DNA from: an uncultured Desulfobacter sp.
GTDB taxonomy: Bacteria; Desulfobacterota; Desulfobacteria; Desulfobacterales; Desulfobacteraceae
DNA length: 64,000 bases
Reading direction: 5' to 3'
Assembly: GCA_963665095.1 (NCBI GenBank)
Contig: OY762069.1
Coordinates: 6,400,001 to 6,464,000, forward strand
In this document: positions 29,515-39,106 of the stretch, piece by piece
Layout: each line of letters begins with the position of its first letter
How positions within the stretch are numbered: position 1 is the stretch's first letter
The notes under the pieces: model-generated
What the model saw: only the letters and a program-made list of their open reading frames with translations
What the model was told of the DNA's origin: nothing
The model's database searches: none
Made by a program: the position numbers and the translations under genes

Positions 29515-30972
29515 TCAGCTGATCCCGGCCATGCACATATATTTGATTTCCAGATAATCATCCAGGCCGTACTTGGAACCTTCCCGGCCGTTGCCGGACT
29601 CCTTGAATCCGCCAAAGGGGGCTACGGCATTGGAGATGATGCCGGAGTTGATGCCGATCAGACCATATTCAAGCTTTTCTCCCACCCGCCAGGTCCGGGC
29701 CATGTCCCGGGTGAAGAAATAGGCGGCAAGACCATATTCGGTATCGTTGGCTTTTTTAACCACCTCTTCTTCGGTGTCAAACTGAAAGACCGGGGCAAAG
29801 GGGCCGAAAATCTCCTCTCGGGCGATGAGCATTTCGTCGGTGGCGCCTGCCAGGACCGTAGGGGCAAAAAAGGTGCCGCCCAGGGCATGGCGTTTGCCAC
29901 CGGCAAGCACCTTTGCGCCCTTGTCCAGGGCATCGCTGATATGGCGCTCCACACTTTCAACAGCTTTCATGTCAATGAGCGGCCCCTGGACAACCCCATC
30001 CTCCATTCCGTTGCCCACCTTCAGGTTTGTCACGGCTGAGGTCAGTTTTTCACAGAACTTGTCATAAATGCCTGCCTGGACATAAAGACGGTTGGCACAG
30101 ACACAGGTCTGGCCGGAGTTGCGATATTTACAGGCAAGGGCTCCTTCAACGGCCGCATCCAGATCCGCATCATCAAACACGATAAAGGGAGCGTTGCCGC
30201 CCAGCTCCATGGAGACCCGCTTCATGGTTCCTGCGCAGTCCCGCATCAGTTTTTTGCCCACTTGAGTGGACCCGGTAAAGGTCAGTTTGCGGACAATGGG
30301 GTTGGCGGTCAGCTCCCCGCCAATGGCGGCAGATGACCCGGTTACCACATTAAAGACGCCGGCAGGAAGCCCCGCCTTAAGCCCCAATTTTGCAATGGCC
30401 AGGGCGGAAAAAGGGGTGGCTGTGGCAGGTTTAACCACCATGGTGCAACCAGCGGCAAGGGCTGCGCCTGCTTTGCGTGTGATCATGGCTGAGGGGAAAT
30501 TCCACGGGGTAATGGCCGCCACTACGCCCACGGGCTGCTTAATTACCACCAGGCGCTGGGAGGCTATGGTCTGGGGGATGACATCGCCGTAAATCCGTTT
30601 GGCCTCTTCGGCAAACCACTCGAAAAAGCTTGCGGCATAGGCGATTTCGCCCCGGGACTCTGCCATGGGCTTGCCCTGTTCTGCGGTCATGAGCAGGGCT
30701 AAATCTTCCTGGTTTGCCATGAGCAGGTCATTCCACTTTTTTAAAATGGCGGACCGCTCCCCTGCGGTTTTGCTGCGCCAGGCATCCAGGCTTTTGTCGG
30801 CCGCATCAATGGCCCGTTTTGTTTCGTCCGCCCCGCAGAAAGGGATGGTGCCCAGGACCTCTCCGGTGGCCGGGTTGGTCACATCCACGGTCTTTTTTGA
30901 ATCCGCCTCAATCCACTGGTTGTCAATAAAGCAAGCCTGGCAGAGCAGACTCGGGTCTTTTAATGCAATCAT
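29515..30972 (-). CDS. gabD: succinate-semialdehyde dehydrogenase (NADP+)
   Basis: ITPWNFPSAMITRK, ELGGNAPF, YRNSGQTCVCANR, EEIFGP, GREGSKYG. Confidence 0.93.
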   Translation of the reverse strand: MIALKDPSLLCQACFIDNQWIEADSKKTVDVTNPATGEVLGTIPFCGADETKRAIDAADKSLDAWRSKTAGERSAILKKWNDLLMANQEDLALLMTAEQGKPMAESRGEIAYAASFFEWFAEEAKRIYGDVIPQTIASQRLVVIKQPVGVVAAITPWNFPSAMITRKAGAALAAGCTMVVKPATATPFSALAIAKLGLKAGLPAGVFNVVTGSSAAIGGELTANPIVRKLTFTGSTQVGKKLMRDCAGTMKRVSMELGGNAPFIVFDDADLDAAVEGALACKYRNSGQTCVCANRLYVQAGIYDKFCEKLTSAVTNLKVGNGMEDGVVQGPLIDMKAVESVERHISDALDKGAKVLAGGKRHALGGTFFAPTVLAGATDEMLIAREEIFGPFAPVFQFDTEEEVVKKANDTEYGLAAYFFTRDMARTWRVGEKLEYGLIGINSGIISNAVAPFGGFKESGNGREGSKYGLDDYLEIKYMCMAGIS

Positions 30973-31010
30973 CTTTACCGCCTTTGTATTTTTTAAAAGG
31001 GTTTCCAGAT

Positions 31011-32249
31011 TTAAAGGGTTTCAAGGCCTTTTTCCATGATATCCAGCCCTTTTTGCAGTTGATCCGGTTCAATGACCAAAGGCGTCAGCACCCGGATCAC
31101 GTTCCCTAAAATCCCGCATACCAGAAGAATCAGGCCGTTGTCAAAACAGTATTGGGACAGCTGTTTGGCCTTGTCAGGGGCCACTGAGCCGTCTTCATTG
31201 ACAATGGTAATGCCGCGCATGGCGCCAAGCCCCCGCAGCTCGCCCACACAAGAAAAATTTTTTTTCCACGCCTCAAAGGTTTTCCCAAGTTTTTCGCCAA
31301 GGACCTTGGATTTTTCCAGAAGATTTTCCTCTTCAAAAATATCCAGAACCGCGTGGGCCGCTGCACAGGCCACAGGATTGGCACCGTAAGTGCCGCCTAA
31401 GCCGCCCGGGTGAACACTGTCCATGATCTCTTTTCTGCCCACCACAGCACTCATGGGCATGCCGGCGGCCATACTCTTGGCCACGGTCATCAGATCCGGT
31501 TCCACACCAAAATGTTCAATGGCAAACATGGTGCCTGTGCGGCCGATGCCGGACTGAATTTCATCGATCACCAGCACAATACCGTGTTTTTTGCAGAACT
31601 CCGCCACTTTGGGGAAAAAATCCGGGGGCGGTGCAATAAATCCGCCTTCCCCCTGGATGGGTTCAATGACTACGGCTGCGGTGTTTTCCGGATCAATACT
31701 GGTGATAAAGGACGCTTCAAACGCCTTGAAATCACCAAAAGGGGCCCGGTACACTTCCGGAGCCAAAGGTCCGAAACCGCATTTGTAGGGTTTAACCTTG
31801 GAGGTCATGGCCATGGTGAGGTAGGTCCGGCCATGGTAGGAGCCGTCACACACCACAATGCCCTGGCGTTTGGTGTAGTACCGGGCAATTTTTACGGCAT
31901 TTTCAACGGCCTCGGCACCGGAGTTCACAAAAAGGGCCTTTTTCTCAAAGTCGCCCGGGGCGATTTTGCACAGCCGGTCAGCCAGTGTTACCGCTGTTTC
32001 GTAAGGGCTGACCATAAAACAGGTATGGGTGAACTTCTCTGCCTGGGCCTTAATGGCTGCCACCACTTTGGGGTGGCTGTGCCCCACGTTCATAACTGCA
32101 ATGCCCCCGGCAAAATCGATATACTCTTTGCCCTGAATATCCGTAATGATGGCCCCTTTGGCCGATTCTACATAGCAGGTGGTCCCGCTGGCGTGTCCCT
32201 GGGGGATCACCTGTTCCCGAAGGGTTTGAATACCATCAGTTGTAGTCAT
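31011..32249 (-). CDS. gabT: 4-aminobutyrate aminotransferase
   Basis: IDFAGGIAVMNVGHSHPKV, THTCFMV, NSGAEAVENAVKIAR, EPIQGEGGF, AKSMAAGMP. Confidence 0.9.
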   Translation of the reverse strand: MTTTDGIQTLREQVIPQGHASGTTCYVESAKGAIITDIQGKEYIDFAGGIAVMNVGHSHPKVVAAIKAQAEKFTHTCFMVSPYETAVTLADRLCKIAPGDFEKKALFVNSGAEAVENAVKIARYYTKRQGIVVCDGSYHGRTYLTMAMTSKVKPYKCGFGPLAPEVYRAPFGDFKAFEASFITSIDPENTAAVVIEPIQGEGGFIAPPPDFFPKVAEFCKKHGIVLVIDEIQSGIGRTGTMFAIEHFGVEPDLMTVAKSMAAGMPMSAVVGRKEIMDSVHPGGLGGTYGANPVACAAAHAVLDIFEEENLLEKSKVLGEKLGKTFEAWKKNFSCVGELRGLGAMRGITIVNEDGSVAPDKAKQLSQYCFDNGLILLVCGILGNVIRVLTPLVIEPDQLQKGLDIMEKGLETL

Positions 32250-32367
32250 TTTTAATCCTTTCAGATTTTTTTATTTGTAAACAAGCCGGGCAAAATTGTG
32301 CCGGCAAAAGGTACTTTCTTTCGTTAAAAACATATGCAGGCAGAACCGTAAGGTTTTCCCGCCGCGG

Positions 32368-33285
32368 CTATATCATCTGCTTTCCGTCCAGTCCGGCAAG
32401 GGGTCCATACATGGAAGGACGCCGGTCCCGGAACAGCCCCCAGCCGGCCCGCATATTTTCGATCTCTTTGAAATCAAAGGAGGCGATTCTAATATCCTCG
32501 GTCTTTCGGTCGCACTGCCCAAGGATCTCTCCTGTGTTACCGGTGATAAAAGAGGTCCCGTAAAAGGTCATCTCAACGCCTTGATCCGCTTCCGTGCCGA
32601 TACGATTTGAGGCGCAGACGGGAATGACATTGGCGGCCGAGTGCCCCTGCATGGTGAGCTGCCAGTGGGGCTGGGAGTCGTAGTCCGGCATTTTGGGCTC
32701 CGAGCCGATGGCTGTGGGGAACATCAGAATATCTGCGCCCAGAAGGGCCATGCTTCGCGCGGTCTCCGGGAACCACTGGTCCCAGCAGATACCCACCCCC
32801 ACCTTGCCGAACCGGGTGGGCCAGACCCTGAAACCGGTATCCCCGGGGCTGAAATAATATTTTTCTTCATATCCCGGTCCCTGGGGGATGTGGGTTTTCC
32901 GGTAATACCCCATGACCGTGCCGTCAGCGTCAATCATGGCAATGGTATTATAATAGGCCTTGTTGGCCCGCTCAAAAAAGCTGATGGGCAGCACAACTTC
33001 AAGCTCTTTGGCAAGCACTGAAAACCGTTTGATCAGGTCACTGGTTGACGCCTCCTGGGCCAGGGAAAAGTATTTTGCATCTTCCACTTTGCAGAAGTAG
33101 GGCCCTGAAAACAGCTCCTGGAGCAGGATGATACTGGCTCCCCGGGCAGCGGATTTTCGCACCAGCGCTTCCGCTTTCTTAACATTGGTTTCATAATCGG
33201 TACAGCAGGCCATCTGGGTGACAGCCACAGTGACCTTGTCTGTTGCGTTATCCATATCCGTTGGTGTTTCCATTGCTTTTTCCAT
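32368..33285 (-). CDS. aguB: N-carbamoylputrescine amidase (nitrilase superfamily)
   Basis: LQELF, YRKTHIPQGPGYEEKYYFSPGD, ICWDQWFPETAR, PTAIGSEP. Confidence 0.93.
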   Translation of the reverse strand: MEKAMETPTDMDNATDKVTVAVTQMACCTDYETNVKKAEALVRKSAARGASIILLQELFSGPYFCKVEDAKYFSLAQEASTSDLIKRFSVLAKELEVVLPISFFERANKAYYNTIAMIDADGTVMGYYRKTHIPQGPGYEEKYYFSPGDTGFRVWPTRFGKVGVGICWDQWFPETARSMALLGADILMFPTAIGSEPKMPDYDSQPHWQLTMQGHSAANVIPVCASNRIGTEADQGVEMTFYGTSFITGNTGEILGQCDRKTEDIRIASFDFKEIENMRAGWGLFRDRRPSMYGPLAGLDGKQMI

Positions 33286-33301
33286 GACCGGGCTCTTTTA
33301 T

Positions 33302-34408
33302 CTAAAATGGCGTTAACACAGTGCCGCAGGGCTGCTGCTGGGTAATGCAGTGTATGCCGCCGCCACCGGCAAAAAGGGGCAGGCTCGGGATCTGGACGAT
33401 GGTGCGGTCCGGAAAAACGGCCTGCATCATCTCTTTTGCCTCGTGGTCTGCCGGATCATTGAATGCCGACATGATGATAGCGTTATTGGGCATGTAAAAG
33501 TTGATATAAGACAGATCCATGCGGTCGCCTTTCCATAACTGGGGTGCGGGCTGGGGGATATCCACCACCTCAAGGGTATTTCCGGCGGCATCCACAGCGC
33601 CTGCCAGCCGCTGTTTTGCATCCCGGGTCACGGCAAAATTGGCATCATCCCGATCTGTGCAATTGTTCAGAAGGATCACCCCGGGCCGGGCAAAGCTGGC
33701 CAGGATATCCACATGGCCTGTGGTTTCATCTCCTTCCAGGCCGTTGGCCAGCCAAAGCACTTTGTCAATACCCAGATAGGTTTTAAACAGCCCCTGAAAA
33801 TCTTCTCTGGTGTATCCCACATTCCGCTTGGGGTCCAGCAGGCACTGTTCCGTGGTGATCAGTGTGCCCTGCCCATCCACATGGATGGAGCCGCCTTCCA
33901 GGATAAACGGCGCTGTGTAGCGGCGCATGCCCAGGTGCCGCAGGACCTCTATGGCCATACCTTCATCGCAGGGGCCTGTGATGGGATAATGCCCCCATCC
34001 GGTAAAAACCCAGTCAATACCGGCCAGGTTGCCGTTTTTATCCCGCACAAAGGTGGGTGCACTGTCCCGGGCCCAGGAGTCAAAGCAGGTGGCGCTGACC
34101 AGGGTGGCGGCACTGCCCAGGGCTTTTTCCGCTTCCGCACGCTGATCCGGGTTGACCAGCATATACACCGGTTCAAAGTCGGCAATGGCCCGGGCCACTT
34201 TGGCATAGGTCTCTTTGGCTTCGGGCAGCACCCCTTTGAAGCACTCTTTTGAGCAGGGCCACACCATCCAGCAGGCATCATGGGTCTCCCACTCCGCCGG
34301 CATGGTCAGGTCGTCGCTTTGGGGGGTCCGCACAGGGATGGAAAAAAAACCATTGGCAGGCGGGCCTGCCAGGGGATGTTCCCCTTGAATCTGTATCAGT
34401 TCTGTCAT
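33302..34408 (-). CDS. aguA: agmatine deiminase
   Basis: MPAEW, WARDSAP, EGGSIHVDGQGT, DETTGHVD, SYINFY, GGGGIHCITQQQP. Confidence 0.93.
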   Translation of the reverse strand: MTELIQIQGEHPLAGPPANGFFSIPVRTPQSDDLTMPAEWETHDACWMVWPCSKECFKGVLPEAKETYAKVARAIADFEPVYMLVNPDQRAEAEKALGSAATLVSATCFDSWARDSAPTFVRDKNGNLAGIDWVFTGWGHYPITGPCDEGMAIEVLRHLGMRRYTAPFILEGGSIHVDGQGTLITTEQCLLDPKRNVGYTREDFQGLFKTYLGIDKVLWLANGLEGDETTGHVDILASFARPGVILLNNCTDRDDANFAVTRDAKQRLAGAVDAAGNTLEVVDIPQPAPQLWKGDRMDLSYINFYMPNNAIIMSAFNDPADHEAKEMMQAVFPDRTIVQIPSLPLFAGGGGIHCITQQQPCGTVLTPF

Positions 34409-34564
34409 TTTATCTGTTTTTTTATCATTTTGGAAAAGATGGGGCGAAACCAGCGCCCCATCATGATTAATTTATAAGAAAGCCTCCGGAAAAGAACTGG
34501 ATTCTCTCTATCTTTGTTGTGGGTCCAAGCCTGGCAGCTGATATGCCGGGTCGGCCCGTGGCCG

Positions 34565-35983
34565 TTATACCGTGGTGTTTATCATCACATGTTTTGTCAC
34601 CAGATAGTCTCCCACGGCTTCCGCGGAAAGATCTTTACCAAAGCCGGACTGCTTGAAACCGCCATGGGGGGCCTCGGAGACCAGGGGCAGGTGATCGTTC
34701 ACCCAGACACATCCGAACTCCAGGGCCTTTGAAACCCGCATGGCGCGGGCCACATCCCGGGTAAATACGGAGGAGGCAAGGCCGAACACCGTATCATTGG
34801 CCATGGCAATGGCCTGGTCCTCTTCCTTAAAGGATTGAACCGTCACCACCGGACCAAACACCTCTTTCTGGACAATTTCCGAATCCTGGGCCACATTATC
34901 AATGACCGTAGGTGCGTAAAAGTAACCGGGGCCGTCCAGGATTTTGCCGCCGCAAAGGATATTGGCGCCGGCAGCCTTTGCCCGCTGCACAAAACCGTCT
35001 ACGGATTGCATATGCTCTTTGGAGATCATGGAGCCCATCATGGTTTCACTGTCAAAGGGGTTGCCCACAATCACAGCTTTCATGGCCGCCACAAGTGCGC
35101 TGGTGACCTCTTTTACAATGGATTCATGACAGATGACCCGGGTGGCAGCCGTGCAGTCCTGGCCGGAGTTGCAGAAGGCTCCCACAGATACTTTTTGAGC
35201 CACCAGTTCCGGTTTGGCATCCCCAAACACCACCACAGGGGCTTTGCCGCCCAGTTCCAGGTGAACCCGTTTGATGGATTCAGCAGAACTCTGCATGATG
35301 GCGGCACCCGTGCTTGTGGCGCCTGTGACGGAAATCATGCGGATATCTTTGTGGTTCACGAGATCCGGGCCCACATTGCCGGTGATCACGTTGACAACCC
35401 CGTCCGGGATCCCTGCTTTTTTACACAGTTCGCCCAGCATTAAAGAGGTGCGCGGCGTCAGGCTGGCCGGTTTCAACACGGTGGTGCATCCGGCGGCCAG
35501 GGCCGGACCTATTTTCCAGATGGCCATGAGCAACGGATAGTTCCAGGGCGCAATCTGGCCCACCACACCTACGGGTTCCCGGCGGTAGATGGTGGTGTAG
35601 CCACCGGTGTATTCTCCTGCATGGTGTCCGCTGGTCTCCCGGGCAGCCCCGGCAAAAAAGCGCATATTGTCGATGCAGAAGGGAAGATCTCCGCCAAGGC
35701 TTAAAAATCCATAGGGTTTTCCGGTGTCTTCACTTTCAACCCTTGCCAGTTCCTCAATGTTTTCCTGCATGAGATCGGCCAGTTTCCACATCAGCATGCT
35801 GCGATCCCTGGGCGGCATGGCACTCCATTCCGGGAAAGCAGCCTTTGCTGCGGCCACGGCTTTTTCCACATCAGCAGCCCCTGCTTTGGCCACTTCGGCA
35901 ATGATTTCACCGGTTGCAGGGTTTTCCACGGGCAGAACGCCCTGGGCGCCGTCACACCACTCTCCGTTAATCCACAGTTTCAT
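34565..35983 (-). CDS. patD: gamma-aminobutyraldehyde dehydrogenase
   Basis: IAPWNYPLLMA, ELGGKAP, NSGQDCTAATR, EVFGPV, PHGGFKQSGFGKDLS. Confidence 0.88.
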   Translation of the reverse strand: MKLWINGEWCDGAQGVLPVENPATGEIIAEVAKAGAADVEKAVAAAKAAFPEWSAMPPRDRSMLMWKLADLMQENIEELARVESEDTGKPYGFLSLGGDLPFCIDNMRFFAGAARETSGHHAGEYTGGYTTIYRREPVGVVGQIAPWNYPLLMAIWKIGPALAAGCTTVLKPASLTPRTSLMLGELCKKAGIPDGVVNVITGNVGPDLVNHKDIRMISVTGATSTGAAIMQSSAESIKRVHLELGGKAPVVVFGDAKPELVAQKVSVGAFCNSGQDCTAATRVICHESIVKEVTSALVAAMKAVIVGNPFDSETMMGSMISKEHMQSVDGFVQRAKAAGANILCGGKILDGPGYFYAPTVIDNVAQDSEIVQKEVFGPVVTVQSFKEEDQAIAMANDTVFGLASSVFTRDVARAMRVSKALEFGCVWVNDHLPLVSEAPHGGFKQSGFGKDLSAEAVGDYLVTKHVMINTTV

Positions 35984-36007
35984 GTTGTTCTCCTTGTGTT
36001 TTTAGGG

Positions 36008-37360
36008 TTACCCTTTTATTTCTATGAAAACCTCTTCCATCACATTCAACGCCTTGTCCAGGGTCTCCATGGGAATGGTCAAAGCCGGTTCAAACCGGAT
36101 GCATTTGGCATTGGTAAGTGTTCCTGCCGTAATTACGCCCCGGGCAAAAAGGCCTGCGGCAAGCTGGTATCCGACTTCATCGGAGACAAACTCCATGCCG
36201 ATGAGAAGCCCCTTGCCTGTGACTTTTTCCAGGATTCCCGGATATTTTTCCTTAAGTTCATTCAGGCGGTTTTTAACGTATTCCCCTTTTTTGGCGGCCT
36301 GGCCGGGCAGGTCCTCTTCCTGGAGCACGGTGATGGCGGCTAAGGCTGCCGCACAGGCAATGGGGTTGCCGCCGGTGGTGGTGGTGTGCATAAAGGGGTT
36401 GGGTTCCATGACCTCCCAGATTTCGGGGGTGGCGAAGAACCCGGACATGGGAACGACCCCGCCGCCCAAGGCCTTGCCGAAGCACATAATATCAGGCGTC
36501 ACATCCCAGTGGTCCACACCGAAAAGTTTGCCGGTGCGGCCAAACCCGGTCTGCACCTCGTCGGCAATGAGCAGGACACCATATTGGTCACACAGCTCCC
36601 GCAGCCGGGGCCAGAAATCATCCGGCGGAACAATGGCGCCGGCTTCCCCCTGGATGGGTTCGGCCACCACGGCGGCAATGTCATTGCCCACCTGGGCGTT
36701 GGATTTGAGCAGGCGCTCCACGGCACCGGCATCGCCGAAGGGCGCGTGCTGGACTCCTTCAAGCAGGGGCAGCAGGGGCTGGCGGTAGACATCTTTGCCC
36801 ATGAGCGACAAAGATCCCAGGGTTTTCCCGTGAAATCCCTTGAGCATGGCAATAAAGCCTTTTTTGCCGGTATAGAACTTGGCAAGTTTCATGGCGCCTT
36901 CCACAGCTTCCGTCCCGGAGTTGGCAAAAAAACCATACTGGATATCGCCCGGGGTGATCATGCCGATCACCTGGGCAAGCTTGGCTCTTAGGGGATCTAG
37001 CATCTCCTGGCTGTACTGGGGGCTTCGGTCCAGCTGGGCCTTGACCGCCGCCACGATTTTAGGGTGGCGGATGCCATAGGTGTAAAGGCCGAATCCTCCC
37101 AAGAGATCTATGTACTCACGCCCAAGAATATCCTTGAGAATGGAGCCCTGTCCGGTCCACTCGGTTACGGCAAAGCTGTCTTCCTCGGTGACGGATTTTC
37201 GGTATTCCAGGAACCCCTTGTTGATATGATTGCGAAAATTTTCCACGGTCTCTTTTGCCACCACTTTCCGCTCGTCCCGGGTAATGTCGGCTTCATTTTT
37301 GACAATCAGATCAACATACTTGTTGGCTTCCTTAAAGGCGTTTGTAATATCCCTGCTCAT
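36008..37360 (-). CDS. patA: putrescine aminotransferase (class III), copy 2
   Basis: NFRNHINKGFLEYRKSV, SQEMLDPLRA, GFHGKTLGSLS, DEVQTGFGRTG, NPFMHTTTTGGNP. Confidence 0.92.
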   Translation of the reverse strand: MSRDITNAFKEANKYVDLIVKNEADITRDERKVVAKETVENFRNHINKGFLEYRKSVTEEDSFAVTEWTGQGSILKDILGREYIDLLGGFGLYTYGIRHPKIVAAVKAQLDRSPQYSQEMLDPLRAKLAQVIGMITPGDIQYGFFANSGTEAVEGAMKLAKFYTGKKGFIAMLKGFHGKTLGSLSLMGKDVYRQPLLPLLEGVQHAPFGDAGAVERLLKSNAQVGNDIAAVVAEPIQGEAGAIVPPDDFWPRLRELCDQYGVLLIADEVQTGFGRTGKLFGVDHWDVTPDIMCFGKALGGGVVPMSGFFATPEIWEVMEPNPFMHTTTTGGNPIACAAALAAITVLQEEDLPGQAAKKGEYVKNRLNELKEKYPGILEKVTGKGLLIGMEFVSDEVGYQLAAGLFARGVITAGTLTNAKCIRFEPALTIPMETLDKALNVMEEVFIEIKG

Positions 37361-37465
37361 TTTGTCTTTGTTCCTTTTCTTTCTACTTTAATGTAAAAAG
37401 TTTTTGGATTAAAAGTGTGACTCCTGTTTTATCTCTTATTTACCGCCATATTCACTACTACACAT

Positions 37466-37479
37466 ACTGAATAGTCAGT
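37466..37479. promoter_or_regulatory. candidate TetR operator ACTGA-ATAG-TCAGT upstream of patA copy 2
   Basis: Palindrome matching the core of the site upstream of the TetR gene. Confidence 0.6.
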
Positions 37480-37503
37480 GAATAATTCCGGCGGTTTTCG
37501 GGG

Positions 37504-39039
37504 TTACAGATTTTCCGTACTATAGTATCTTCCTTTGGCAAAAACCTGTTCAATGTTGATGTTGCATATCTCTTCCGGTGCAACCTGGTACGGGTTGCGG
37601 TCAAGGACAATGAACTCTGCTTTCATGCCCGGTTTCAGGCGTCCTCGTTCGTGTTCTTCAAAAACGCTGTAGGCTGCGGCGGTGGTGAACATGGCCAGGG
37701 CCTGGTCAAGGGTTACCCGTTCCGACTCATATCGATGACACACGGCAGCCTGGATGCCTGTTAAAGGGCTGTAGGGTGTCACAGGGGAATCTGATCCCCC
37801 GCAGATCACCACCCCGGCATCCAGGATGGTGCGGTAGGGGTGCAGTCGCCTGTGCCGGGCCGGGCCGAGCATCTCGTAAAAAAACTGATGCTCCTGCATG
37901 CCGTAAGGGAAAAATGCCGGCTGCATGGAGGCGATGATCCCTGCCTTTGCCATGCGTTCAATCTGGGTGTAGGTGGGCACTTCCAGGTGTTCAATGCGAT
38001 GGCGGTGATCGACTCCGGGGTGTTTTACAAGGGCTTTTTCCATGGCATGGAGCACCTGTTCAATGGCGGCTTCCGCCTCGCAGTGGACAGCGATCTGAAG
38101 TCCTTTGGCATGGGCCTCCAGAATGAAGTCATCCATCCGGGCCTGGGTAAAGTTCAGTGTGCCGTAATTTTCCGGCTGATTGCTGTAGGGCTCGAACAAC
38201 GCCGCCGTATAGCAGTCAATGGCGCCGTCGGCAAAGATGCAGCCGCCGATGCGAGGCAGTGCTAAATCCAGACTGGACTGCACATCCATGTTCTGGTTCC
38301 AGTGTACGGTATGCAAAGGCAGATCCCTTTGGTGCCGGTGAAAAAAAGCGGAAAATTCAGGCGCCCCATCCTTGCCTTCAAGGCAGTGAAGGCAGGTAAT
38401 CCCGTTTTTCAGGGCCATGTCTGCCGCAAGTTTATAGCCTTTTAAAACGGTCTCCTTGGGGATCATGCCGTCAATCCGGGGCATGACCACGGAAAGGGAT
38501 GCCGGATCCCGGACCACTCCGGTGATCCGGCTGTTTTCGGTATCCACCCCTTTGACATCCCCTGTCAGACCAAGGGCCTGGACGGCCATGGTGTTCAAGG
38601 AGAGAATATGCATGGAGGTATGGATCGCCGCCACGGGTGCATCTGAGCAGACAACATCGAGTTCGGCCGCAGTGGGCATCCGCGCCTCGGCCAGAAGAAA
38701 ATCATTGATCTGGTAGGCCAGCACCCACTCTCCGGCACAGGTTTTCCGGCGCTGGTCATGAATGCAGGAAAAAACCTGGTCAAAGTTCCGGCACCCGGAC
38801 AGATCCGCACTGGTGAGCACCTGCCCTGTCCATTCGAGGTGCTGGTGGGTATCAATGAATCCGGGCATCACTGTTTTGCCCCCAAGATCCACAACCTTTG
38901 CCGAATCTACAGGATATTCACGGGAAAGGGAGTCATTTCCCACAGCCACAATAATATCTCCCTCCACCACCAGGGTGGAAAAAAACGGTGCCTGATCATC
39001 CAGGCTGATGCCGGCTATATTGGTAAAAATGGTTTTCAT
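37504..39039 (-). CDS. amidohydrolase family 3 (YtcJ/NfdA-like) metallohydrolase
   Basis: DLGGKTVMPGFIDTHQH, FADGAI, IAVHC, RHRIEH, GGSDSPV, GRLKPGMKAEFIVLD. Confidence 0.9.
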   Translation of the reverse strand: MKTIFTNIAGISLDDQAPFFSTLVVEGDIIVAVGNDSLSREYPVDSAKVVDLGGKTVMPGFIDTHQHLEWTGQVLTSADLSGCRNFDQVFSCIHDQRRKTCAGEWVLAYQINDFLLAEARMPTAAELDVVCSDAPVAAIHTSMHILSLNTMAVQALGLTGDVKGVDTENSRITGVVRDPASLSVVMPRIDGMIPKETVLKGYKLAADMALKNGITCLHCLEGKDGAPEFSAFFHRHQRDLPLHTVHWNQNMDVQSSLDLALPRIGGCIFADGAIDCYTAALFEPYSNQPENYGTLNFTQARMDDFILEAHAKGLQIAVHCEAEAAIEQVLHAMEKALVKHPGVDHRHRIEHLEVPTYTQIERMAKAGIIASMQPAFFPYGMQEHQFFYEMLGPARHRRLHPYRTILDAGVVICGGSDSPVTPYSPLTGIQAAVCHRYESERVTLDQALAMFTTAAAYSVFEEHERGRLKPGMKAEFIVLDRNPYQVAPEEICNINIEQVFAKGRYYSTENL

Positions 39040-39106
39040 TCAGTTCACGGTGTGTAATTGGCTCTATATTTAAACCCAGCGATCATTTATTACATTGTTC
39101 TACTTA

